Positions 52,378 through 63,730 of a stretch of 64,000 nt of DNA are shown one piece after another. Each line of letters opens with the position of its first letter. Position 1 is the first letter of the stretch. The position numbers and the translations under genes are program-made. The DNA comes from Tubulanus polymorphus (lineage: Eukaryota; Animalia; Nemertea). The DNA lies in NCBI RefSeq assembly GCF_964204645.1, contig NC_134026.1:11865950-11929949 (forward strand), given 5' to 3'. The notes under the pieces are model-generated. The model had not been told where the DNA came from and did no database searches. It saw only the letters and a list, made by a program, of their open reading frames with translations.

Positions 52378-55259
52378 CCGACAAAACCACGGGCGACAAA
52401 ACCAAAATTATGAATTGTCGCGGGTGACAAAACCAAAATATTGAATTGTCACGGGCGACAAAACAAAAATAATGAATTATAGCGGGCGATAAAACCAAAA
52501 TAATGAATTGTCGCGGGCGATAAAACCACAAGAATGAATTGTCGCGGGCGTTAAAACCGAAATATTGAATTGTTGCGGGCGATAAAACCAAAATAATGAA
52601 TTGTCGCGGACGACAAAAACAAACTATTGAATTGTTGCGTGCGACAAAACCAAAATAATGAATTGTCGCGGGCGACAAAACCAAACTAGGGGTCCAGGGA
52701 CACCATGCTCACTTGGGCAGTGGTTTCAAATGCTCAACAATCTAACAATTTCAATACATAACGCCCTCTAGTGACCATATACAAAAACCAATCACTTTGA
52801 AACCCACTACAATCATAGAACATGTGAGCAGCTATGATTTTGTAATTGATTGTGATAACAAAATATGCCTCGTTACCAATTTAATATGGAAATACTAAGT
52901 TATTCTACTATTCAATGCCCCCTGGTGACCATATGCAAAACCCAATGACCTTAAAACCCACCACAATCGTAGTACATGTCATGAAATACAACTTTGCAAT
53001 TGATCATAGTAACAAAATATGCCTAGGTACCAATCTAATAAGGAAATACTAAGCCATTCTACTATTCAACGCCCCCTGGTGACTATATGGAATAACTAAT
53101 GTCCTTAAAAACTCACCACAATCATAGACGATGTCATGAACTACAACTTTGCAATGGATCATGGTAACAAACTATGCCTAGGTACCAATCTAATAAGGAA
53201 AAACTAAGCTTTTCTACTATTCAACGCCCCCTGGTGACTATATGGAATAACTAATGTCCTTAAAAACTCACCACAATCATAGACGATGTCATGAACTACA
53301 ACTTTGCCATTGATCATGGTAACAAAATATGCCTTGGTACAAAAATAATATAGTGATACTAAGTTATTGTATTATTCAACGCCCCCTGATGGCCACATAC
53401 AAAAACCAATGACCTTGAAAGTCACCAAAATCATAGAACACGTTATGGGCTACAACTTTCCAATTGAATATAGTAACACAATATGCTTAGGTATCAATTA
53501 ATTGTGGAAAAACTTGTTCCCACCTACGAATGAGTACTGATGTCACCAAGATGGCCGCCAATTGCGTCATAATTGGCTGATCAAAAATACCTGTCCGAGG
53601 TATAAAACATCCCTCTCTAAAGAATATCCATCAGCAATTGCAATGAGAAATGGCAAACCGGTAGGAAGCTACAGGACCTAGAATTCTGGCCAAAATTGAC
53701 ATTTTTGGGCACTAAAAAGGTCATAGGACGGCCATCTTGAGCCAGATCGACCCAATTTTCTTATGCTGATGGGCCTTTGGTAGATTCAAATATAAACGTA
53801 AGATCAAGGTAATTGATCAAAGCGTCTTCAAAATTTTCTTCGGGCGATAAAACCAAAATAATGAATTGTCTCGTGCGACAAAACCAAAATAATGAATTGT
53901 CGCGGGCAATAAAACCAAAATAATGAATTATCGCGGGCGATAAAACCAAAATATTGAATTGTCGCGGGCGATAAAACCAAAGAAATGAATTGTCGCGGGC
54001 GACAAAACCAAAAAAAAAATTGTCGCGGGTGACAAAAACAAAATATGAAACCCAAATAATGAATTGTCGCGGGCGACAAAACCAAAAAAAAATTGTCCGG
54101 GCGACAAAACCAAAATAATGAATTGTCGCTGGAGATAAAACCAAAGTAATGAATTGTCGCGGGCGATAAAACCAAACTAATGAATTGTCGCGGGCGACAA
54201 AACCAAACTAATGAATTGTCGCGGGCGACAAAACCAAAAAAAGAATTGTCGGGGCGATAAAACCAAAATAATGAATTGTCGCGGGCGATAAAACCAAAAT
54301 AGTGAATTGTCGTAGACGATAAAACCAAAATAATGAATTGTCGCGGGTGACAAAACCATAATGGTGAATTGTCGCGGGCGACAAAACCAAAATGGTGAAT
54401 TGTCGCGGGCGACAAAACCAAAATAATGAATTGTCGCGGGCGACAAAACCAAAAAGAAGAATTGTCGCGGGCGACAAAACCAAAATAATGAATTGTCGCT
54501 GGAGATAAAACCAAAGTAGTGAATTGTCGTGGGCGATAAAACCAAAATATTGAATTGTCGCGGGCGACAAAACCAAACTAATGGATTGTCACGGGCGACA
54601 AAACCAAAAAAAGAATTGTCGGGCGACAAAACCAAAATAATGAATTGTCGCAGGCGGTAAAACCAAAATAATGAATTGTCGCGGGCGATAAAACCAAAAT
54701 GGTGAATCGTCGCGGGCGACAAAACCAAAATAATGAATTGTCGCGGGCGATAAAACCGTAATAATGAATTGTCGCCGGCGATAAAACCAAAATAATGAAT
54801 TGTCTCGGGCGACAAAACCAAAATAATGAATTATCGCGGGCGATAAAACCAAAATACTGAATTGTCGCGGGCGATAAAACCAAAATAATGAATCGTCGCG
54901 GGCGACAAAACACAAAAGAAGAATTGTCGCGGGCGACAAAACCAAAATAATGAATTGTCGCTGGCGATAAAACCAAAGTAGTGAATTGTCGTGGGCGATA
55001 AAACCAAAATATTGAATTTTCGCGGGCGACAAAACCAAAATAATGAATTGTCGCAAGCGATAAAACCAAAATAATGAATTGTCGCGGGCGATAAAAACAA
55101 AATATTGAATTGTCGCGTGTGACAAAACCAAAATAATGAATTGTCGCGGGCGACAAAATCAAAATCATTGTTTTCTCGCGTTATTTTAGTTTTGTCGTTT
55201 TGTCGTAATGTCGCCCTCATTTGCATATTCGTGTTTTTTTTATCTTATCAGCCACCATA
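52378..55259. repeat. 31-bp minisatellite array (GAATTGTCGCGGGCGACAAAACCAAAATAAT) of an IS3EU-like element, split by HINE A
   Basis: About 10 units at 52378-52684 and about 40 at 53840-55170; terminus TTATCAGCCACCATA at 55245-55259. Confidence 0.92.
52685..53838 (-). mobile_element. HINE family A copy with an internal ~155-bp tandem array (about 5 units)
   Basis: 52685-52743 is the reverse complement of 37192-37251; 53690-53835 matches 37040-37190; TTCAA(C/T)GCCCCCTG recurs at 52911, 53065, 53220 and 53375. Confidence 0.8.
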
Positions 55260-56385
55260 CTAAAGCCTTAAGGTCGCGTAAAACTCGATAAACACTTCAA
55301 GCGACACAGCGAACGATCTCCTTTCCTCCACAGCGAACGCTTACTCCGAATGTCAAGTGTGAGTCCAGCATACGGATAGGAGTGTGTTATATACTTGTAT
55401 TTAGTAAATACCTTGTGCATTTGACAATGATCGGTATGTACTGTAGGAAATATAGAGTATTGATAAATGGTTGAAGCCCGCGGCCGAATAAAGTAATATA
55501 TTCTTTTATTTTGATACCTCGTCGACATAACAGCTTTTCTCCGCCATATCTCTTCGGCCTGTTTAGTTTAGGCCTACGATTCCCCGGTACACTAAAGATT
55601 TATCTTAGTAAATACACGGTTAATTCGGTAAAGAAAAATAGGTATTGTTAAACTAACTGCTTAAAACCCGCAGCCAAATCACTGGTAGTAATAAAGTAAT
55701 TTGTACTCGATTTGATTCTCATGATGAGGAGAAACTCGCAGCTCATCCCCGGAACGTCGATGTAGTAACACACGTCGATTCGTCGATGTTTACGGCTCGA
55801 CAGTGCTTTTAAAATCTAAAGTAGTAAATTTCCAGTGTATCGGTAATATGATTTGATGAGGAAAATGGGCTATTGTTAAAATCACTGTTTGAAGACCGCG
55901 ACTGAATGTGAAGTCTGCGGCAATAAATTAGTTCATTTATACTTGAATTGATAATCGAAGTGACAGTCGGCCTGCGGGTTGATTTCGGGATGACGACTCG
56001 AAAAACATGTCGCCCCATTGAATGGGGCTAAATTTTCGATGTTTACAGCTCGACAGCGCTTTTGTAACGATGATTCGTGAAAAAACACGCGGGCTATTTG
56101 TAGATCTCAGTGAGCTGAACGATATTATATGGATTGTATATGAAACAGCGGTAAGGTAACAAAGCCTATGTTCTTTTGGTAAAAATAGTGTGGAAGAAAA
56201 AAATAATAATAATAATCACGCGGATATCAATAGGGTTTTCTGTGAAATAACAGAAAACCCTAATTAATAAAAATAATGAATATCTAGAATCCGAAATGAC
56301 TTATCTGGACAATTTAATTGCTCCGCATAGATAGACAAAAGTAGTGAGATATTCAATTATTTTTTTTGCTTTTTTTCTAAAATAT

Positions 56386-56753
56386 TAATCCATTTTTTTT
56401 ATTATCAATTTTGGAATTTCAGAAGTATTTTCATTTTTGATAGCAGTTGTTTCAGAATTATTAATATCATGAATTTTATTTGATTTCTTATACCAATTAC
56501 ATCCAATCAAAATGAATACAATTACAAATCCAACTGTAAAATATAGATATTTATCAAATATTCTTTTATTAGAAGGAGTAGAAATAAGAATATTTTCACC
56601 ATTTTTATTAACATTTTTATTACTTATTTTTTCTTTTACAGCTTTTTTATATTCTTGTGATTTAATTCCTAATTGCCGAGACCATTCAATTTGTTTCTAT
56701 GATCTCGGTTTTTTCTTCACAGTTAATTCCTTCACCTCTCGCACTTCGCTCAT
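56386..56753 (-). pseudogene. Small single-TM viral protein with one premature stop
   Basis: TAAATG start overlapping the upstream gene; MSEVREVKELTVKKKPRS*KQIEWSRQLG..YLYFTVGFVIVFILIGCNW. Confidence 0.6.
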
Positions 56754-57291
56754 TTATTATAGAAATGTTTTTACTTTCAATATTTGAAAATGTTATAACT
56801 CCACTTGATAATAATGTCATAAATCCACCTAATTGAAATGATAAATATCCAATCCATTTATTTAATTCAGTCATAACTAAATAATCATTTTTTAAATCGG
56901 AATATAATCTATTTTCATCTTCAATTGGTAGTATATAATTACATAATTTACTATAACCTTTTACTACATTTTCTAATATCGCGTCATTAATTCTAGCTGT
57001 TCTCGCGGCTTCATAAATCTTAAATAATCTAATAATTTCATCTGATTTCATTGTGTCTAATTCATTATAAGTTAAATTTTTACCGACAAAATGTTTACAT
57101 TTTCCAGATGCTATTAATATTTCTAATTGATGTTTACAGTAAAGATAATATTCATAATTATTATTTGTTGTAACATTATCTAAAGCACCATCATCTGGAG
57201 TTAATGTTGTTTCTGTTATTCCTAAATCATCTAAAGTTTTTTCAATTGGAACATCACCATTTTTAGATTTTATTTTCTTTTCACCTACCAT
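56686..57291 (-). CDS. Viral hypothetical protein (201 aa) with a C-terminal hydrophobic segment
   Basis: Intact ORF with TAAATG start; WIGYLSFQLGGFMTLLSSGVITF. Confidence 0.8.
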   Translation of the reverse strand: MVGEKKIKSKNGDVPIEKTLDDLGITETTLTPDDGALDNVTTNNNYEYYLYCKHQLEILIASGKCKHFVGKNLTYNELDTMKSDEIIRLFKIYEAARTARINDAILENVVKGYSKLCNYILPIEDENRLYSDLKNDYLVMTELNKWIGYLSFQLGGFMTLLSSGVITFSNIESKNISIINERSARGEGINCEEKTEIIETN

Positions 57292-57321
57292 TTATATAAA
57301 AAATAAATTAGTTGTGTTGTT

Positions 57322-57583
57322 GCAACTAGAATTCAACTAGAATGTAACTACAATTCAACTAGATTAACAAGCTAGTTGAAATATTGTTATTTTTGTTTAT
57401 TTCTTGTTAAATCTAGTTGATTTTTGTTTCAACTACTAACAACTAGAATTCAACTAGAATGTAACTAGAATTAAACTAGATTAACAAGCTAGTTAAAATA
57501 TTGTTAAATCTAGTTGATTTTTGTTACAACTACCAATAACTAGAATTCAACTAGAAGTCAACTAGATTAACAAACTAGTTGAA
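57322..57583. repeat. Intergenic iteron/hairpin array, candidate origin or regulatory region
   Basis: Three blocks of 11-bp CAACTAGAATT-like units, each closed by AACTAG-ATTAACAA(G/A)-CTAGTT. Confidence 0.8.
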
Positions 57584-57584
57584 T

Positions 57585-58193
57585 TTAAATAAATTCATAT
57601 TTAAATGGGTGTTGTAATCTAAATAGTAATTTTGATCTTTTAATATTTTTCAACTTATCCATATATTCATTATGTAAATCATGTGGAATAATATCATTTT
57701 CCTCAAGTGCATTTTTCATCGATTTTCTATCTTTATTGTAGAATAAAACTAGAAATCTAATGTTTTCTCTAAAGTCTTTAATAATTGAATTATATTTTTG
57801 ATTTAAAACCCATGTTGTTATCCCAAAATGTCTCCCAGAGAAAGCTAGATAACATAACTCACTTTCTCTAACTTTTGAATCATGTAAATTTGCGCAATCA
57901 TCTATGATAAATAATGTATTTGATCCTTTATAAATATCAATTGCTATTTTTATACAATTATCTAAATTTTCTTTTACTGTTTTAGGATCTAATATAATAA
58001 ATTTATTATTTCTAGTAATATTTCTATCATAAGTTTGATTAAATTCATATGTTGGGCAAAATAATACTATATTATCAAAATAGTTTTCATAAACAGTTTC
58101 TAGTAAATTTAATATAAAATAAGTTTTTCCACAATTTGTTACGCCAGATATTAACATATTATGAGGCTCAAATATAAATAATTCCTTATTCAT
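57585..58193 (-). CDS. A32/FtsK-HerA-like genome packaging ATPase
   Basis: Walker A GVTNCGKT, Walker B LFIIDD, SGRH arginine motif, VLNQ sensor. Confidence 0.9.
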   Translation of the reverse strand: MNKELFIFEPHNMLISGVTNCGKTYFILNLLETVYENYFDNIVLFCPTYEFNQTYDRNITRNNKFIILDPKTVKENLDNCIKIAIDIYKGSNTLFIIDDCANLHDSKVRESELCYLAFSGRHFGITTWVLNQKYNSIIKDFRENIRFLVLFYNKDRKSMKNALEENDIIPHDLHNEYMDKLKNIKRSKLLFRLQHPFKYEFI

Positions 58194-59580
58194 TTATATA
58201 TTTTTAATTTTACTTGATAATATCCATTCATTAAATTTATCTGGCCATCCAACCCATTTTACTAAAGAATATTTTTTTCTTTTAATAGTTTTTGTTTTTA
58301 ATACTTTTTCAATTTTATATTCTTGTTCTAGATTTTCAGTAGTTAAACTTAATTCTTCTTCGTAAAAGTAGCCATCAACTTCTTCACCATCTAAATCTTC
58401 TAATCTATAGACATATGGTTTTGTTGTTATTACCTTTTTTATTTTATATATTTCTCTAGTAAAATTTCAATCGTATCCCTTGTCAAATATCTTTTTATAC
58501 TTAGAAATTCTAACATTTTGACCAACTTTAAATTTAGGTTCACCAAAATCATTTACTAGAAATCCTCCATATAAATTATTCCAAACAATTTCAGCATTTT
58601 CAGGTTTTCTAGCATCAATAGGTTTCATTCCAATAGAAGAATGATAAGAATTATTATATCCTTCTATCAATTTTGGTAAAACATCAATCCATTTAAAAGT
58701 ATTATTTGCTGTAAAATATGTCCACATTCTTGTTCTTAACCCTTTCAGTGCTGACTAATTAATACCCTATAGTGCTGGAGAAAATTTGAAAATTCTAAAA
58801 AATTCCACCCTAGTGTGTTGAACAATGGGAATACCACTATAGTGCGTCTACACCGCAGTGCGGTGTATCGTTAGTTACTAGTATTTCACTATGTTTGACA
58901 CTTGCTGCCATTTTTCAATAGAGATAATTACAAATTACTAATTACATCAATACACCGCAGTGCGGTGTACTAGCAAAATCCATCACTGATTTATACACCG
59001 CACTGCGGTGTAGACGCACTGAAAGGGTTAATGTTCTATTAAATCGTTCAACAACTGCTGCTTCTATCCGATTTTGTTGAAAAATATTTAATATTATGAT
59101 TATCTAAGAGTTCATGAACAAGTGAATTATCAAACTCTTTTCCATCATCAAATTGTATTTTTTCTGGTTTCAGTTTATCATCCGAAAGAAATTTTCTTAA
59201 AACATTTGATGTTTGTACAGCATCTTTTCTATAAAGTGGGAAACTCCATACACATAACGACTAAAAATATCAATTATATTCAATAACCACCAATAATCAT
59301 CATTATCTTTCTTAACATTTTTCATATCAATTAAATCTCGCCACTGTTGATCTACATAAATTCATAATTTTACGAGTTTTATATTTTCTAACAATTTTTT
59401 TATGTGTTGTATATGTTGGTTTTTCTAACATAAATTCATTTATATCTTTATATTTAACTAAATTTTGTGGGATTATCTTATCTAATTTATCTTGTTTTAC
59501 TTGACGCCATATATTTTTGTTAGAAGAATAAGCAACCGAACTCTCAGGGTTGTAATATAAATTTCTTAAATATTGTTCTT
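58194..59580 (-). pseudogene. Polinton-type retroviral-like (rve) integrase with C-terminal chromodomain; frameshifted and MITE-interrupted
   Basis: YLRNLYYNP; DQQWRDLIDM; IQFDDGKEF; VVERFNRTL|RTRMWTYFTANNT; YNNSYHSSIGMKP; PKFKVGQNVRISKYK; YKIEKVLK..LVKWVGWPDKFNEWI. Confidence 0.92.
58740..59027. mobile_element. piggyBac-type MITE (288 bp)
   Basis: TTAA TSD at 58736-58739 and 59028-59031; TIR CCCTTTCAGTGC; internal TACACCGCAGTGCGGTGTA palindromes. Confidence 0.93.
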
Positions 59581-60827
59581 TTTAATATTTCTTAAAAATT
59601 GTGAATTTACAATATTTAATTGTGCGTCAGATATAATATAAATGTGCATTTTAAAATTTAAGCTTCCTTTTTTCTTTTTCATGAATAATTGTATTCCATC
59701 TTTAGCGTTCTGTAGTTTTTTCCCAGAACCATGTAATGAATTATCCTCTGTTGTTCTAAAATCTAACCATAATGCATATTTATTGCCGGTATAATAATCA
59801 ATTTGATTAATATTACAATTTTCAAATGATTTTACTTTTTCATTCATAAAATGTTTTCTAATTTCTGGCCATTGATATATCATTCTCATTCTTTGACAAA
59901 ATATTTTATTTGCCTATTCCTTCGATAGTTATTTCTACTTTTGTTATTTCAGGATTATAATGATTATCTACCTTTATTGCACCATTAGAATATGTTGCAA
60001 TGGTAAAAAATATTAATATACCTTTAATAGATCTTCTTGGGAAGTTAATATTCTCATTAATTATTTCATCATTTGCATTAATAGTTACAGTTTTAAATTT
60101 ATCAATATAATCATATAATAATGAAAATCCTTGATTGTATTGAGTTTGAATTGTGCTAGCAATATTTTCATTTGTTACTGTGTTATATTCTAAACATATA
60201 TTTGATAATTTATAACCCATATCTTTAACAACGCTAGATAATACAATTTCATTTACAGGCGCAAATGTTATCTCAAATATAATATCTTCTTGAATTACAT
60301 ATTTATATAAAGATGCATTATTATTTATCAATTCAAAGTCTAATGGAATTTTATATTTGCTTCCATAAATCTTTTTTATCAAATTATCTACAGCATTAGT
60401 TGCTACTGCATTATTGGCTTCAGATCTTAATTTATTATGGTTTTCCGATTGAATACCCTGAAATATCATATTATTTCTATTTTCTTTAGTTAACGATAAA
60501 TCTTTATAATGCATAAATAAATTATAATCATCTAATGAGAAAAACTGTTTCTGGACCAATCTTTATTGTTAATTTTTTAATCAAATATCTTCCAACATTA
60601 TCAACAACATAATTGTTATCATGGCCAGTTACTTTTATATCAGTTGATAAATAAATACTATTTGGAACATAAAAAGTATTTTGTGTTAATCGAGGGATTC
60701 TTACATATAAAGTTTCATCGGGATTAATATTTGAAGGGTTATGAGTAATTATATGATGTGATCTTTCTGCTTTAATAGCATTAGATATTCTAGAAATCTT
60801 AGAAGGACTTATATAACTCCCACTCAT
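59566..60827 (-). pseudogene. Probable double-jelly-roll major capsid protein, split by two +1 frameshifts (about 420 aa)
   Basis: Three consecutive ORFs rejoin on removing one base near 60540 and one near 59912. Beta-rich, with NFPRRSIKGILIFF and YALWLDFR. Size and position beside ATPase and integrase fit a capsid protein; the fold is inferred. Confidence 0.7.
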
Positions 60828-60847
60828 TTAACAAAAAAATTAATTAT

Positions 60848-62293
60848 TTATTTTTTATTATTTTTTTCTTGATATCTTTTTGATATCATATTCACTAACC
60901 CAAAAATAATAGCACTTACAACTGTAATTAAAAATAAAATAATATGTTCAGCAGCAAAGTTAAGAATATTCCCAGCAGATTTCAATATAAAACCAACAAT
61001 TGATGCAATAATTCCTGGTAAAGCTGCAGCAGATTTTTTAGATAGTTCCCATAAATATTTTGCTAATTTCTTTAAACCATCTTTAACTTTATCTTGTATA
61101 GAATTATTACCTGGGGGTTTATCTGGTTTATTTGGAGTAGGAGTAGATTTCAAAGAATTTGATATTGCCAAACCAATTGTTGTAAATAACATAGTTACAG
61201 CTGTTAGAATTGAAAGAATTGTTATTCCTTCTAATCTAAATAATAACTTTATTCTATCTTTTAATGATATTTCAGAATTTGGTTTAATCAACAAATCTTT
61301 AAAAATAACTTTTAATCTATTAATATTATAATCATATGATTTTAATAATAATTTAATTTCTTCTTTCTGTACTTCTAAATTATCTTTTAAATTACTAATT
61401 TCTTTTTCTGAACGTAATTCTTTTTGCCTATATTCTATTTCATCAATTACTTGATGATCTAAATCAGACTTTATTTGTTCTATTTCTTTATTTGCATTAG
61501 TTGATTCTTTTTCCAAATACATAATTTTTTGATCTCTTATACTTTTATTATGTGCAATTTTATCAGCTTCATTTCTTATACTAATAATTTCTCTAATTGC
61601 TTCATCAGAAAATATATTTAAATCTTCTAATTGTTGATCTGTTGCATCAATTAATCCATTCGGTAAAAGTTTTTCAATTGACTTTATTCGATTTAAGTTT
61701 ACTAGTTTTGGAAGTTATATTCTGTTCAGATGTTGTTTCTGTTTCTGATTTCTTTTTGATTATTTCAAATAATTCATTAATTCTTTGTTTAAATACGTCT
61801 ATATCATTATCAGTTAATTCTTGTTTTATAACATCAGTTATTACATTACTATTACTTATTCTTTTAATTCTATCTGGATCTAATTTTCTCAAAGTTAATT
61901 TTTTTATAATTTTTTTTTATAAGTGATATCAATATAATAATCATCTTTCAAACGATAATAACATTTACCATTATCTAAAAATTTTAATTGATCTGCTAAA
62001 AGTCCAACGTCTTCATCATTTATGTTAAGTTTAGATTTTTCAATTAAATCTTCTAATTTAGGTATTTTGTTTAAATTATCTAAATCTTGTTTTACTAAAC
62101 CTGGGTCTAAATTTTCAGGATTTAATTGTGATTCTGCATTTTTAATATAATCAGGCATATTTAAATTATTATTATATTCTGGCTCATTACCATCATTAAA
62201 ACTTGTTTCACTAAAATCAGGTTGTTGTTCATCAGTTATACCAGGTTCATCAAAAGGATCCATTCCAATATCTTCTCCACCTTCTACATCCAT
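60848..62293 (-). pseudogene. Large viral coiled-coil membrane protein (about 480 aa), frameshifted into three ORFs
   Basis: Acidic N-terminus, coiled coil, then three hydrophobic stretches (GITILSILTAV.., AAALPGIIASIV.., HIILFLITVV..). Breaks near an A-run at ~61905 and at ~61670. Confidence 0.7.
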
Positions 62294-62309
62294 TTATATA
62301 ATAAAAAAA

Positions 62310-63425
62310 TTAAAATTTAAAATATAATATTCCTCCTATAACAATTCCTATACAAGTAAAAGCTAATTTAGTATTTTCATGTAATTTATTATGATTATCA
62401 GTTTTAATTATATCATGTTGAATATTATCAGTTTTAATATTTTCTGTAGTATTGTAATCTTTTATTTTGGAATCATTATTTAATTTAATATTATTAGTTT
62501 TAGTTTCTGTTGATTGAATGTGTTTTTTATTTTTTTCACCTTCCATTAATTTTGGAGCAGTAATAATCTTTTTATTTATATCATTCAATCCAAATGAATT
62601 ATTTATTGTTGCAGTTTTAATTAGATTATTATAACCAATTATATTTCCCATCTTTAATACTAAATCATTAGAAATAATAAATAGATTAGGGCCTATACAA
62701 TAATTTAATCTAATATGTGATTTATCTAAATAATTTTGATATCTTACAATGTTTTCCGGAATCGATCTATTTTTATCATTATGAATTGAATCTTCAAATA
62801 ATACTTTGAATTGTTTCTGCGCATCGAATGAAGTGTTATCATTTCCAATTATTGGGGATCTTGTTTCAACTTGCGCACCTAGAATACATATCAAATAAGT
62901 TCTAATAGATTGATTTATTCTTTGTATTCCAGCTTTAGTAAAACCTTCACTATTTTCTAAAATGAAATTAACCCAACCATTATTGTTTTGTTGTTGCATA
63001 TTATTATAATATTTTGGTAATTCATTCCAATTTAGTGTTCTTATATCTGAATTTGTCATTATTTTTCCAAATTCTTTAGTATACAATATTCCTAATCCAC
63101 CCATTGTTCCAATTTTTGCTCTAAAATCTTTATTTGAATTAATATTAAATTCATTACATATTTTATAAAACTTAGAAAAATTAATATCATTATTCAATTC
63201 TTTAAAATATTTTGAACCTGGTAAAGGACATTCTAATTCATCTAATATTAATTTTATTTGAAAATATGTATGAAATCTAAAAAGTGATAACATCAATGGT
63301 AAACTTGGTTTGTTTAAATGATCATTCCAACTAATTCCACATCCTGTTGTTGCACAATAAACAGCAAAATTTAATTGGTTCTGCCAATACTTCATATTAG
63401 ATTTTAATAACCATTGTTTTGCCTC
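62310..63425 (-). CDS. Viral hypothetical protein with C-terminal TM anchor, probably N-terminally truncated
   Basis: ORF 62310-63395 extends upstream as EAKQWLLKSN; QLNFAVYCATTGCGISW motif; C-terminal LAFTCIGIVIGGILYF. Confidence 0.75.
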   Translation of the reverse strand, partial: EAKQWLLKSNMKYWQNQLNFAVYCATTGCGISWNDHLNKPSLPLMLSLFRFHTYFQIKLILDELECPLPGSKYFKELNNDINFSKFYKICNEFNINSNKDFRAKIGTMGGLGILYTKEFGKIMTNSDIRTLNWNELPKYYNNMQQQNNNGWVNFILENSEGFTKAGIQRINQSIRTYLICILGAQVETRSPIIGNDNTSFDAQKQFKVLFEDSIHNDKNRSIPENIVRYQNYLDKSHIRLNYCIGPNLFIISNDLVLKMGNIIGYNNLIKTATINNSFGLNDINKKIITAPKLMEGEKNKKHIQSTETKTNNIKLNNDSKIKDYNTTENIKTDNIQHDIIKTDNHNKLHENTKLAFTCIGIVIGGILYFKF

Positions 63426-63711
63426 ATTTTGAACTTATACCAGTTAAAACACTTGAACTTAATCCTAATACACCAATTGATATAGCTAAAGGTGTTAATG
63501 GACTGAATATTGCTAGAAATGTTATTACAGAACTAATTGTAACCGAACCACTTATAATCAAATAGTATATAATTTTACTTTTTAAATATTTTTTCTTTTT
63601 AACTTTTAAATCATTTTCAAATTCTAATATTTGTTTTTCTAAATATGATTTTAATTTAGTTTTATTTATATCATGAGGAATAATGTCAATATTATCAACT
63701 TTATCTTCCAT
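63424..63711 (-). CDS. Viral two-TM small protein, possibly C-terminally truncated
   Basis: TAAATG start; basic stretch followed by two hydrophobic helices. Confidence 0.7.
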   Translation of the reverse strand: MEDKVDNIDIIPHDINKTKLKSYLEKQILEFENDLKVKKKKYLKSKIIYYLIISGSVTISSVITFLAIFSPLTPLAISIGVLGLSSSVLTGISSK

Positions 63712-63730
63712 TTATTTAGAAAAAAAATTA

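Larger units (their letters stand above)
52006..56264 (-). mobile_element. HINE family B (minus strand) carrying nested elements
   Basis: Hairpin TAGGGTTTTCTGT..ACAGAAAACCCTA at 56231-56262; 56018-56262 homologous to 34060-34310; 3' end AATATAGCTGCAAAGCAGCGATAAAGGGTTTTCTG at 52006-52040. Confidence 0.75.

Noticed and set aside
53840-55170. CRISPR-like array of ~31-bp palindromic repeats
   Set aside because: Units are directly tandem with no unique spacers, there are no cas genes, and the context is a eukaryotic transposon.
53761-55226. Many overlapping long ORFs (VLSPATIHYFGF repeats), also at 23621-24660 and 52370-52684
   Set aside because: Artefacts of stop-poor minisatellites; open in several frames at once.
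59900-60560. Programmed frameshifting in the capsid gene
   Set aside because: Neighbouring genes carry similar indels and stops, so neutral decay or sequencing error is the simpler explanation.
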